This document shows positions 48,021 to 58,765 of a DNA stretch of 64,000 nucleotides, one piece after another. The stretch spans positions 64,001-128,000 of the forward strand of contig CAVTUQ010000009.1 in assembly GCA_963737905.1 (NCBI GenBank). The letters are read 5' to 3'. How positions within the stretch are numbered: the stretch's first letter is position 1; each line of letters opens with the position of its first letter. The notes under the pieces were generated by a model. It had not been told where the DNA came from. It made no database searches and saw nothing but the letters and a program-made list of their open reading frames with translations. A program made the translations under genes and the position numbers. Source of the stretch: an uncultured delta proteobacterium. GTDB lineage: Bacteria; Desulfobacterota; Binatia; UBA9968.

Positions 48021-49306
48021 CGGATCATCACCGCCAAGGTCTCTACGTGAAAGGTGTGAGGAAACAGGTCGATCGGTTGGACAAAAGTGAGTTTGTAACC
48101 GTGATGTGCCAGCGCGGATAGATCACGGGCTAAGGTCGCAGGATTACACGAGACATAAAGGATTTTCTGTGCGCTGAAGGAAGCCAAGTTGCGCTCAATC
48201 CCTTTGGCCCCGGCACGGGGCGGATCGAGAATGATCTTCGAAAAGCGCTCTCGCTCTCTGGCGAGTTGCCTGACCGCGGCGGGGACATGAGCGCAGATCC
48301 AGCGGATGTTAGCGATGTCGTTGAATTGCGCGCTGCGCTTGCCGCTATCGATGGACCGGCGATAACCTTCAACTGCGACGACTTGCTGAGCGCGCTTTGC
48401 GAGCGAGAGAGTGAAGTTTCCCGCGCCGGAATAGAGCTCAAGTAGCCGATCGTTTTTTTCGAAGCCGCCGGCGGCCAGTAGTTCCCTGAGAAGCTCCCGA
48501 TTTCCTTCGGCGTTGACCTGAATAAAGACGTCGCCGTCGCCCTTGAGGCAAATTCCATCATCGCTCCGAACCGAAACTAAGGTGTGCCCCCATGCCTTGC
48601 GCCAGTTCTCGCCATGAAGAATAACTCCGCTGATGCTGTCAGGTTGGTCGATAAGACGTTCGCAGGCGGAATCGTCCCGCGGAATGTAGTCGCCGGCGAT
48701 TTTGCCCACAGCAACGATTTCGTTGGAATCATCGCCGGTCACGAGCTCCACATGCTCGACCTGGGTGTCTAGCTCGTTTATCCAGTTTCGCAGCGGATGG
48801 ATGACTTTGTTTAGTGCTCTGTCGGCTATGAGGCAGTCGCCTATTTCCACCAGATCATGAGAAAAAGCGCGATAGAAACCGATTCGCTTCGCTTTGTCGC
48901 ACTGCAAACGAATGCGGCGCCGATAGTGATATTCGCGGGGTGAAGCAAGGATCGGTCGCAATTCGAAACCGTCCAGCTTGCCGATGCGTCGCAGGGCGTC
49001 CGCGACGCTTTGCTCTTTGGCTTTGAGTTGCGCCTCATACTGGACTTGTTGCCAGGGACAGCCGCCGCAGTCGCTAACGTAGGGACAGGGAGGCGTTTGG
49101 CGCAACGGCGAGGACTTTAGCAAGCGAACCATCTCGCCGAAGGCGTAGTTTTCTTTCGAATCGGTCACCCGAGCGCTGATCGTGTCCCCCGGGACTGTGG
49201 CGGGAACCATAAGGACCTGATGATCGATGCGGCCGATGCCGTAGGGACCGTAGGCGAGAGAATCGATCTCTAGCGTGAATTCGGTTTTCGCGTTAGTCTG
49301 TTTCAT
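48017..49306 (-). CDS. rlmD: 23S rRNA m5U1939 methyltransferase
   Basis: TRAM domain, CPYVSDCGGC, FIQVN, LYSGAG, LDPPRAG, YVSCNP, DLFPHTFHVE. Confidence 0.92.
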   Translation of the reverse strand: MKQTNAKTEFTLEIDSLAYGPYGIGRIDHQVLMVPATVPGDTISARVTDSKENYAFGEMVRLLKSSPLRQTPPCPYVSDCGGCPWQQVQYEAQLKAKEQSVADALRRIGKLDGFELRPILASPREYHYRRRIRLQCDKAKRIGFYRAFSHDLVEIGDCLIADRALNKVIHPLRNWINELDTQVEHVELVTGDDSNEIVAVGKIAGDYIPRDDSACERLIDQPDSISGVILHGENWRKAWGHTLVSVRSDDGICLKGDGDVFIQVNAEGNRELLRELLAAGGFEKNDRLLELYSGAGNFTLSLAKRAQQVVAVEGYRRSIDSGKRSAQFNDIANIRWICAHVPAAVRQLARERERFSKIILDPPRAGAKGIERNLASFSAQKILYVSCNPATLARDLSALAHHGYKLTFVQPIDLFPHTFHVETLAVMIR

Positions 49307-49349
49307 CGATTTCGTGCCCGCAATTGATAGTACAAGGACATTTAGATTG

Positions 49350-49722
49350 ATGGAAGCCCAAGACGATCCACGTTTTATCAAAGGAATCGACGAGTTCAAT
49401 CAGCGGCTCTTTTTCGAGTGCCATGAGACGCTTGAGGCAATCTGGTTGGAGGAGCACGGGGAGGAGCGACGATTTTATCAGGGCATCATCCAGATTGCCG
49501 CCGGCTATTTTAAGTTGGAGCAAGGGGTTCCGGCTGGCGCGCATCAAACTCTGGCATTCCGGGTTGGAGAAGTTGGAGCCCTATGCGCCGGTGTACCTTG
49601 GCATTGACGTCGAGTCTTTCGTTAGAGCCGTGAGGGAAAATCTAACCGAGCTCGAGGCTCTCCAGCAAAAAGGCGAAGAATGTTCCACTCTCAGTATCCC
49701 GCTGCTCATGCGCGTTTCCTGA
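49350..49722 (+). CDS. DUF309-domain protein, +1 frameshift near 49541
   Basis: FNQRLFFECHETLEAIW, YQGIIQIA, continuing in the next frame with IKLW...YLGIDV. Confidence 0.75.
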
Positions 49723-49734
49723 GCATCCTACCGC

Positions 49735-50409
49735 ATGATCCGCTGCATCGACGTTCGCAAAGTTTACCAGCAAGGGAAAAATGAAATTATCGCCCTGGAC
49801 GGTGTCTCGCTGGATATCGCCAGAGGGGAGTTTGCGGTCATCATGGGGCCGAGCGGCTCGGGAAAGAGCACGCTCCTCCATCTGATCGGTGGATTGGATC
49901 GCCCCACCGCCGGCGAGCTGCTGGTGGATCAACGCCTCGTTGGGCAGATGGCGGATGATCAAGTCACTCTTTTCAGGCGTACCCGGATCGGCTTTATCTT
50001 TCAGTTCTTCAACCTAATGCCCACCTTGACCGCGTTAGAGAACGTCACCTTGCCGTTTGTGCTCGACGGGCGATCCAAGGAAGAGGCGGAACAAAGAGCT
50101 AAGATGCTCCTGGATAGGGTTGGGTTGGGAAATCGCAGAGATCATCTTCCCGAGGAGATGTCCGGCGGGGAAATTCAGCGTATCGCCGTGGCTCGGGCCC
50201 TGGCTTTTGATCCGCCGATCCTATTGGCTGACGAACCCACCGGCAACCTGGATTCGAAGACCGGCGAATCTATTTTGTCACTATTGCGCCAGATCAATCG
50301 TGATGCCGGCTGCACGATCGTCATGGTCACCCACAGCCAGGAGGCTGCCGGCTATGGGGACCGGACGATTTTTTTTCGCGACGGCAAAGTCGAGAGGGAA
50401 AGCGCGTAA
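49735..50409 (+). CDS. ABC ATP-binding protein (LolD/MacB type)
   Basis: GPSGSGKST, MSGGE, LADEPTGNLD. Confidence 0.93.
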   Translation: MIRCIDVRKVYQQGKNEIIALDGVSLDIARGEFAVIMGPSGSGKSTLLHLIGGLDRPTAGELLVDQRLVGQMADDQVTLFRRTRIGFIFQFFNLMPTLTALENVTLPFVLDGRSKEEAEQRAKMLLDRVGLGNRRDHLPEEMSGGEIQRIAVARALAFDPPILLADEPTGNLDSKTGESILSLLRQINRDAGCTIVMVTHSQEAAGYGDRTIFFRDGKVERESA

Positions 50410-52992
50410 TGCTGCGTCTGCTCCGAACCCTCTCCTGGCGTCACGTGCAGCGCCACCGTCTAAGGACCTTCCTTACTTTCTTGGGCATAACACTCGGGGT
50501 TGGAGTGATCGTCGCCATCGCCGTCGTCAACCGATCGCTGACGAGTTCTTTTCAATCGACCATCGACCAGATCGCAGGCAAAGCCGTCTTGCAGGTGTCC
50601 AACGGCGAGAGCGGTATCATCGAATCGGCGTTCCCGATTATTCGTGATACTCCCGGAGTCCAAGATGCCGCCGCGGCGGTGGAGGGCTTTTTACCCGTCA
50701 GAGGAGCCGAGAAAGAGCGCTTGTATGTATACGGCGTGGATCTACTCACCGATACCGCGATTCGTAATCATCAATTTGTCGGCGCCAAATCGGATTTTGA
50801 TCAAGCGCTCGATTTTATCGCCCAGCCTGACTCCATCGCGCTCACCGAATCTTTTTCTCGCAGGCTCAATCTGCCATTGGGAACGAGCATTACTTTGACC
50901 ACGAGTCGCGGCAAGCAAGATTACACCGTCCGGGCGCTGCTCCGAGAAGAGGGAATGGCAAAGGTCTTCGGCGGAAACCTTGCATTAATGGACCTGGCGG
51001 TGGCGCAGCAGGCCTTGGGCAAGGAAGGCAAGCTCGATATCGTCGATCTCACGGTGGAGGAAGGGGAAAAGATCGAGGCGGTCAGAGAACGACTGGTGCA
51101 ACGGCTTCAGGGATCGGCGGACGTAGAAAGGCCAAGAAAAAGGGGAGAGCAGATTGAACTTCTGGTGACGTCATTTCGTATCGGTCTATTCTTCGTCAGT
51201 CTCATCGCCCTTTTTGTCGGGTTTTTTCTAATCTACAACACGGTGTCCGTCTCCGTGATCCAGAGAAAGCGCGAGATCGGAACGCTCCGATGCTTGGGAA
51301 TGAAACGCGGCGAACTCTTGCGTTTGCTTATCATGGAGGCCTTGATCCTGGCGTTGATCGGCTCTCTCGTTGGCTGTGCGTTTGGATGGCTCCTGGCGCA
51401 GGTTGCGCTGCTGGCGGTTGGAGAGACGGTGGGGAATCTTTTCTCGCTGGTCGACTTGGGACCGGGGATTTTCACTCTGCGAGAGCTTGGCCTGTCTCTC
51501 GCCAGCGGCCTTACGGTGGCGGTTTTTGCCGCGCTGCATCCTGCGTTGGAAGCGATCCGGTTGAGTCCCCTGGAAAATGCCAGGCAAACCGCCTGGAATC
51601 CGTCATTTCGGGGAAAAAAGTCCTGGGCGACCCGGCTCGGTCTCCTCTGCTTGGGCGCTTCTCCGCTGATCATTTTTCTGCCGCCGTCCTCTGCCCGGGC
51701 CCGTCCAGCAGTTCAGTGTGGGTGTTATTGGAATGCTGGTCTTTTTGCTTGGCCTTGCGTTTCTTTGCCCCCTGATCATCGCCTATGGCGTTAGATGGTT
51801 TTGGCAATGGGCGTTGCGACTTCCCGGCTCATCCTGGGTTGAAGCCCGGCTGGCCTCTGACAGCTTGCGGCGCAATCCGGTGCGCTCCGGCATTACGGTG
51901 GCTACCCTGGTGATCAGCTTGGCAGCCATCTTCACCATAGCGGCCTTCGTCAATAGCGTGCGCGGATCGTTGCTGGCATGGGTGGATCAGATGGTAACCG
52001 CGGATTTGATCGTCAGCTCCGGAGCGAGAACAGCCGGGCCGAGGAACGTGCCGCTCAAAGAAGATCTTTTTTCCGGACTCAAGGCTATCCCGGGGGTGAA
52101 GATCGTCGACCTTTATCGCCTGATCCGTTCGAACTATCAGGGTAAGCCGATTGTGATCGAGTCATTTTCCGCGCGTGAGTCTGCAAAGGTTCGCACTTTG
52201 CCCATGGCTAGCGGAGATGGAGCCCAGGCACTGCACGATATGGGCGAAGGTAAAGGAGTCATCATCAGCGAAAGCTTCCAGAGCAAATTTGGCAAACGTA
52301 CTAACGATACGATCGAGCTCGCGACCCCGTCTGGCCGGATGGCATTCCGAATCCTGGGCGTTTACGTGGATTATTCGTCTGACATTGGCAGCGTGCTGAT
52401 CGATCGCTCTTTGTACAAGCACTATTGGCGCGAAGAATTGGTTGATGCTTTCGATTTGTGGCTGGAAACCGGCGCGGATCAGCGGGCCGTCATTGCCAAC
52501 ATCAAAGAGCAGTACGGAGAGCCGTACCAGCTTTTCATCAGCACCCATAGCGAGCTGAGAAAAGCGGTGGTTCGTATCATGGAGCAGTCCTTCGTGGTGA
52601 ACTATGCCGTTGAGATCGTTGCCGTAGTGGTCGCGATCTTTAGCGTGATCAACACGCTTTTGGCTTCAATTCTAGATCGCACGCGAGAGATCGGCGTGCT
52701 GCGCGCCATCGGCGCAACTCAAGCGCAGGTACGAAGGATTATCGTTTTGGAAGCCGGTTGGATGGGCGTTCTGGGAGGTGTTCTGGGTCTATTTGCAGGG
52801 ACGATCATGGCTTACCACCATGTGGTCTACAACACCAAAGTGCTGACCGGCTGGACGTTTCAATTTTACTATCCGTATGACGTGGCGGTGTTATCGGTTC
52901 TCGCCTCTGTGATTCTTTGCGTGATCGCCGGCTACGGACCGGCCAGGCGAGCCGGAGCCACCCCCATCGTCGCCGCGATCGGGTACGAGTGA
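50409..52992 (+). CDS. FtsX/MacB-like ABC permease, +1 frameshift near 51690
   Basis: Two FtsX halves (QRKREIGTLRCLG and DRTREIGVLRAIG) in ORFs 50409-51794 and 51718-52992 that join at ccgtcctctgccc. Confidence 0.82.
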
Positions 52993-53005
52993 GGCAAGGG
53001 ATAAG

Positions 53006-53087
53006 AGTTCAAGGTTCAAAGTTCAATGTTCAAAGTTCCGAAATGCGTTATAACGTTGAACCTGGAACATTGAACCTTGAACACCCT
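53006..53087. repeat. 7-nt tandem-repeat hairpin (GTTCAAn / TTGAACn)
   Basis: agttcaaggttcaaagttcaatgttcaa and aacgttgaacctggaacattgaacctt are identical to the arms at 47861-47941. Confidence 0.85.
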
Positions 53088-53091
53088 TGTG

Positions 53092-53679
53092 CTAGCGGAC
53101 GCTGGTATAAGAAGTCGATAGCTCTGTAAAAACGACAAATCGGGCGCGGCGATTTTTAACGCGGCATTCCTCGGTGGGCTCAAAGCAGGCCGGAGCTTCC
53201 TTGCCGTAGCTGATCGTGACCAAGCGGTCCGCGGACACTCCCTGGCTCACAAGAAAGTTTTTTGCGATTTCAGCACGCATCGCCCCCAGAGCCAAATTGT
53301 ACTCATCGGATCCGATATCGTCGCAATGGCCTTCGATTTCAACCCTGGCGTTAGGGTTTGCTTTTATCCACTCGGCATTCTGTTTTAGGGTCTCTTCGGC
53401 GTCACTCCGGAGATTGGTACTGTCGAATTCATAATAGACGTCCTGCAAAGCGGCTCCCGGAGGCGTGACGGCGGCGATGCCGCGGCTTAGTGCTTCTCCG
53501 GCCGAGAGAGCGCGTACAGAATTATCGCGCCCGATATTTTGCATGTCGGCTGGCATAAACGGCATAGGCCTGCTGTCTTTGACTTCATTTGAGCAAGCGG
53601 CAAGCAGGAAGCAGAAAAACAGACCGTTGATCAAAACCGCTTTCCACGAGGCTCGCGAGAGATGCTTTATTTTCTCCAT
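53092..53679 (-). CDS. pal: Peptidoglycan-associated lipoprotein (OmpA-like)
   Basis: Lipobox LAAC, YYEFD, IEGHCD, YNLALG, ISYGKE, KNRRA. Confidence 0.85.
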   Translation of the reverse strand: MEKIKHLSRASWKAVLINGLFFCFLLAACSNEVKDSRPMPFMPADMQNIGRDNSVRALSAGEALSRGIAAVTPPGAALQDVYYEFDSTNLRSDAEETLKQNAEWIKANPNARVEIEGHCDDIGSDEYNLALGAMRAEIAKNFLVSQGVSADRLVTISYGKEAPACFEPTEECRVKNRRARFVVFTELSTSYTSVR

Positions 53680-53774
53680 GGCGTGAATTGTTGCTGAGGA
53701 AATTCTTCTTATGGTGGCGGGTCATGCTGATCTTGTCAAGTTTGATTGGGGATCTTGCGGACCTGACTCGGTCT

Positions 53775-54281
53775 CTAATTTTCGCTTATGCGGGAAGCCA
53801 GCGGGGCGAGCAGTCCTCTACGATACCAAACAATCCAAAGAATTCCACAAATTCCGCCAAGCACGTCGATCATCACGTCGCCGAAGCTCGCGGTTCGACT
53901 CGGGACGAAAGTCTGGTGCAATTCGTCGCTAAGGGCATACAGGAGAATGAAGACCAGGGTATAAACGGCGTGGCGCAACTCCCACGTTTTACCGGTTTCA
54001 TTGCGTAGCGCCCGCAGCATCAAAACTGCCAGGACGAAATATTCGGTCCAATGCCCAAGTTTGCGCATAATCCCATGAACCGGCGCGATATCTTCGGCTG
54101 GAATCTCAGGAAACAGCCAGGACGAAAAAAATCCAAAGAGCTGCGCCGTATGGGCAGAGGAAAAATGGTCCGTGGAAAAGAGAAATATCAGGCTTGCCCA
54201 CGCGCAGACCGGCAGCCAATTTTTGATCCGCGTTTTCCAGTGATGCCGCTCCGCGATTCGCATTGTTCGTGGTGGCTTCAA
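53775..54281 (-). CDS. VanZ-family membrane protein
   Basis: RKLGHWTEY, YALSDELHQTFVPSR, DVMID. Confidence 0.88.
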   Translation of the reverse strand: MKPPRTMRIAERHHWKTRIKNWLPVCAWASLIFLFSTDHFSSAHTAQLFGFFSSWLFPEIPAEDIAPVHGIMRKLGHWTEYFVLAVLMLRALRNETGKTWELRHAVYTLVFILLYALSDELHQTFVPSRTASFGDVMIDVLGGICGILWIVWYRRGLLAPLASRISEN

Positions 54282-54564
54282 CGCGCTGGATTAAACACAA
54301 GGGCATGAGCTGGGGAGAAGATTCATGAGCGGCTAGGGTAGCAGAATTTCCCGCCCGAACAAATCGCATCGCGACGACCTAGCCTGGACTATCGACCGCT
54401 GCCGATGGCGTCGGCGCGGCTTCAAACACGCCCGCGCTGATCCGATAAATTTGCGAGGAAACACGAGATATGTCAAAGTCGTAAATAGCCGCGCTGTATG
54501 ATCTGGTCTCGGCTGCTTATTGTCAGAGCGGCGAGTTAAGCTACGGACAAAGGGGTTCGTTTCG

Positions 54565-54885
54565 ATGAAACAAACGTGTTTCGTATGCCAGAACGTCGAC
54601 TGCAAGCTTCGAGGGTCCGAAAAAATCATGAACGAGCTGACTGAAAAAGTAGCGGCCCGAACGCTGGACGTCGAGGTGAAGTCTTACCTGTGCTTCGGGG
54701 GCTGCGAAGAAGGGCCCAATGTCGTGATCCACCCCCAAAAGATTTGGTATGCCGGTGTCAAAATGGAGGATCTGCCGGAGATATTGGACTCTCTAGCGGG
54801 GGGGCCTACCGTCACCCGACTCGATACTATCGACCCCGCTTTGAAAGAGATAACATTCGCATTGCTCGACACGGGTGTATTCTAG
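54565..54885 (+). CDS. Thioredoxin-like [2Fe-2S] ferredoxin
   Basis: CQNVDC...CFGGCEEGPNV...WY. Confidence 0.88.
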   Translation: MKQTCFVCQNVDCKLRGSEKIMNELTEKVAARTLDVEVKSYLCFGGCEEGPNVVIHPQKIWYAGVKMEDLPEILDSLAGGPTVTRLDTIDPALKEITFALLDTGVF

Positions 54886-55040
54886 AGCAGGCTGCTGAAA
54901 AAAACTCACCTGCTTCGTTGCGCTCAATCGCCTCTCTCCGACGTACAGAACAAGTACGCCTCCGTTCGTCGATTTATCGCGCGCCTCGCATCTGAGTCTT
55001 TTTGAGCAGCCTGCAGACAGAATTTGTCAGCACACTGCTA
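54882..55040. mobile_element. MITE-like palindromic element
   Basis: gcaggctgctgaaaaa ... tttttgagcagcctgc inverted repeat with ctag at both outer ends. Confidence 0.6.
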
Positions 55041-55128
55041 GAAATAATCGCGGCCCCCGGTCCAGCTGTGGCCCATGCGCGTTCGCGAACCGGCTCGCCG
55101 GTAAGCCATAGAAAATTACCTGCGGCTA

Positions 55129-56266
55129 TCAATCCAGGTCAAAGCGGTATAGTCCGGCGACGTTCTCACACAAGATTTTCCGCTTGTCGTCGTCAGTGAC
55201 GCCCTGGAAGTCCTGCGCGATTTTTTCGCGAGAGTGGGGCCAGAAGGTTGCGCTGTGGGGAAAGTCCGACGACCAGAGCAGATTGTCCACGCCGATCTCA
55301 CTCCTGTGGGCCACTCCGAAGGGATCGTCGATAAACGTGGCGTATAACTGGCGGTGGAAGTATTCGCTAGGCTTCATGGTCAGCTGGGTGGGAAATGGGC
55401 TGCCGTGCAGTCGCGTCCCGCGAGACTCGAAGCGTTCATCCATACGACGGAGGAAGTATGGAAGCCAGCCACAGTTTAATTCCGCCGAAACAACCTTGAG
55501 GCGCGGAAACTTTTCCAGGATGCCGGACAGGATGAAGGTGGCGAAGGTTTTTTCCACCTCATGCGAGTTGATGGCGCCGGCTACCGTTCGTTTTTTGTCG
55601 TTGGAATCCCAGTCAACCCATTGAAGCCCGGCGAATTCGTGGAGACTCAAGGGCATTGAAAGCTCCTGAGCCGCTGCCCAGAAGGGATCATAGACTTCCG
55701 AGTAGAAGGGCAGTTCATCGGGTGGCGAGGCCCAAATAAGTCCCCCCGCCAGGCCTTTCTTGGCACACTCCTCCAAGTCCTCCACGCCTTGCTGTCGGGT
55801 CATATAACGAAATGAGTCCCAACCCTTTCAAACGTTTGGGGTCATACCTGCAGAAGTCGGCGAGCCAATCGTTGTAGACTCGGAAACAGGCTCTTTGAAA
55901 CCCGGCGTCCCGAATCCAGAACATGCGGAAACCCAGCGTGGTGTAAAGCACGTCTCCCGCCACGCCATCCTGATCCATGTCCTTTACCCGCTGGGCCGGA
56001 TCCCATCCTCCGCGATGCGCTCCGGCGTAAGAGAAGCCTTTGAGCAACTGCTGCAATTCCTCCAACGTCTTGTTCCCGCCGAACCCCAAGATCACATTAT
56101 GAGGATGGCGTTCCTCTTCGATCAGCCACCAGGCGCCCGGGCGCCCTTCATATTCCGTTAGCATCCGGGGAGCTTTGTCTCGATACTTGGCGGGCAAACG
56201 CTCCTGCCACAGGTTCAAAGGCTCGCTCACGTGTGAATCGGCGTCGAGTAACGTATGTTCGGCCAT
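55129..56266 (-). CDS. Amidohydrolase_2 family protein, +1 frameshift near 55796
   Basis: DADSHV...YNDWL...SLYDP joins QQGVEDL...WSSDFPH in the adjacent frame. Confidence 0.82.
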
Positions 56267-56479
56267 GGCTATCCCTTTCCAGATACCAGATTTTTCAACT
56301 GCACCGGTTCTTCCGGTGTATCGCAATCCACCGATTCGGTGATATATCCCGTCCTTACCTTTTGTCAACATGGATGGTTGATAGATGCTTAAAACAGAGC
56401 CATGGCGTGGTCTCAGAAAGATTCCTCCTGTCGTCGCATGGATTTTTGTCCCTGACGGCGGTAGAGAGTTTGTAGACCC

Positions 56480-57682
56480 ATGTTTGGCGGCCTTATTTTT
56501 ATCGCTTTGATCATTTCCGCCGGTTCGGCTGCAGAGGTCAAAGCCCCATTTCCAAAAACCTTTCACTACGGAAAATATTCGGAGCCGGCATTCGAAAACG
56601 TCCACAATGCCTCCGCGTCCGTCGACGCGTCCCAACGAGACGTGCCAAAGAGCTTGCAAGACGATCCGCCGGCCGTCGATCTATCGACTTTGAATACACT
56701 GTCTGGCGTGGTGGAGAAGCTGGCACGGAAAAAGATTGTCTATGTAGGAGAAGAGCACGACAAATTCGCACACCATCAGGTCCAACTCGAGGTTCTCCGG
56801 GGTCTCTATCGGCAGGGCCCAAAGATCGCCGTGGGTATGGAGATGTTTCAAAGGCCATTCCAAAAAGCGCTTGACGACTACATCGCCGGGGTCATCGACG
56901 AGCGCACTTTTTTGAAACGGTCCGAATATTTCAAACGGTGGGGCATGGACTATAATCTTTACAAGCCGATTCTCGACTTTGCCAAGGCACAACGCCTGCC
57001 GGTCATCGCGCTCAACCTGGAGCGCGAGATCATAGACAAAGTGGCCAAAGGCGGCCTCGATTCTCTTTCAAAGGAAGAAAAGCAGAAAATTCCTCAGGAT
57101 CTGGATTTCTCGGATCAAGAGTACCGCGCCCGGCTCAAGGAAGTGTTTGCGGAGCACGGAGACTTTCAAGAAAAGAATTTTGAATTCTTCTACCAGGCGC
57201 AAATTCTTTGGGACGAGACGATGGCCGAGTCCATCGATGCTTTCTTGAAGCAACATCCCGATTTTCATGTGGTGGTTTTGGCCGGAGCGGGTCATCTTCA
57301 CTATGGGTCGGGCATCCCCAAACGATCGCTCCGGCGAAACGGTTTCGATTACGCGGTCGTCTTGAGCGACGCAGAAGCCAAAAGAGATATCGCGAACTTC
57401 ATCGTGTTTCCCCAAGCGTCGAAGGGTCCCACGGCTCCGAAGCTCATGGCTGTCCTCGACGACCAAAATCAAAGAATGCGCATCACAGGATTTGCGAAGG
57501 ACAGCGTTGCCGAGAAGGCAGGTCTAAAAGTCGACGACACTCTGATAGCTCTGGACGACGACCCGGTATCCAGTATCGACGACGTACGAATCGCTCTCTT
57601 CTATAAACACCCCGGAGACACGATCAAAGTCAAAGCCGAACGCGGCGACGAGGAAATCGAGTTCAACGTGAAATTGCAATGA
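56480..57682 (+). CDS. ChaN-like (heme/iron-uptake) exported protein with C-terminal PDZ domain
   Basis: VYVGEEHD..HHQVQ, GMEMF, QILWDETMA, LAGAGH, SVAEKAGLKVDD. Confidence 0.82.
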   Translation: MFGGLIFIALIISAGSAAEVKAPFPKTFHYGKYSEPAFENVHNASASVDASQRDVPKSLQDDPPAVDLSTLNTLSGVVEKLARKKIVYVGEEHDKFAHHQVQLEVLRGLYRQGPKIAVGMEMFQRPFQKALDDYIAGVIDERTFLKRSEYFKRWGMDYNLYKPILDFAKAQRLPVIALNLEREIIDKVAKGGLDSLSKEEKQKIPQDLDFSDQEYRARLKEVFAEHGDFQEKNFEFFYQAQILWDETMAESIDAFLKQHPDFHVVVLAGAGHLHYGSGIPKRSLRRNGFDYAVVLSDAEAKRDIANFIVFPQASKGPTAPKLMAVLDDQNQRMRITGFAKDSVAEKAGLKVDDTLIALDDDPVSSIDDVRIALFYKHPGDTIKVKAERGDEEIEFNVKLQ

Positions 57683-57754
57683 TGAGATGGCGAAACCGGG
57701 CGGCGTGAGTGTCAAAAGATCCGACCCTAGTATTGCAACTTTGTTCACGATCAG

Positions 57755-58750
57755 TTACGCGGATTTTGGGGCTTCCGCGCGCAGGGCCGGCATGACTTCT
57801 CGCGTGAATAGGTCGAGTGAAGTCGCGCAAGCGTCACGTGGAATACCCGGGACCGAAAAACGACAGACGAGATGCGTGAGGTCCAACTCTTTCCGAAAGC
57901 GGGTGATTTCCTCAACGCACGTTTTCGGATCGCCTAAAATGATCCGGTCTTCAGCGAGTCGCTCAATAGTAAGTTTCCCCGCCGGCCGCTTCACTACCGG
58001 ATGGGGCCAGCGGAAGTACATGCTTTCGAAGGCCTGGATAAAAGGGCTGCCCGCCGCGCTGATTGCCTGCTCAGTGCTGCTTGCTACGAACACGTAGCGG
58101 AACAAGGCGATCTCGCCTTCGCCTCGTCCCGTCTCGCTACACGATTTTCGATACAGGCGGGCGCAGGGAGTGAGTTCGCCGAGATTGGCAGACGGCCCCA
58201 CGAACCAGGCGTCGCCGAGGCGCGCCGCTCGGCGTATCGCCGGCTCGGCCCAGGCACCGAACCAGATAGGGGGTCTTGGCCGTTGGACTGGCCGCGGGGC
58301 GATCGTGGCGTTATCTATCCGGTAATGCCTGCCATGATGAGTGATGTTCTCTTCCGTCCAGAGCCGATGGAGTAGGGACGCGCCTTCCTCCAATCTGCTC
58401 CCGCGCTCCTGCAGCGAATAGCCAAAGGCGGCGAACTCCTCCGGAGCGTACCCGGCGCCTATCCCCAAAATCAAACGACCGCCGGAAATCATATCCAGCA
58501 TCGCGCCTTCCTCGGCGACCATCACAGGATGGTACAGCGGGAGTAAAAGAACCCCCGTGCCTAACCGAATGGAGCGGGTCCGGCTCGCAACGGCCGTAAG
58601 CCCGATGAGGGGCGCCGGATACAAAATGGGATTGTTGTGGTGCTCGCCTAGCCAGATCGAGTCGAATCCCGCTGCTTCGGCATGCTCGCATTCCCGCAGG
58701 GTCTCCTCAAAGCTCGCCTGTCCCTGGAGGGGACTTAAGCCAATTTTCAT
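57755..58750 (-). CDS. LLM-class flavin-dependent oxidoreductase
   Basis: GFDSIWLGEHH, RLGTGV, SGGRLILGIGAGY, PVQRPRPPIW. Confidence 0.92.
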   Translation of the reverse strand: MKIGLSPLQGQASFEETLRECEHAEAAGFDSIWLGEHHNNPILYPAPLIGLTAVASRTRSIRLGTGVLLLPLYHPVMVAEEGAMLDMISGGRLILGIGAGYAPEEFAAFGYSLQERGSRLEEGASLLHRLWTEENITHHGRHYRIDNATIAPRPVQRPRPPIWFGAWAEPAIRRAARLGDAWFVGPSANLGELTPCARLYRKSCSETGRGEGEIALFRYVFVASSTEQAISAAGSPFIQAFESMYFRWPHPVVKRPAGKLTIERLAEDRIILGDPKTCVEEITRFRKELDLTHLVCRFSVPGIPRDACATSLDLFTREVMPALRAEAPKSA

Positions 58751-58765
58751 AGGACGCCACCCGAC

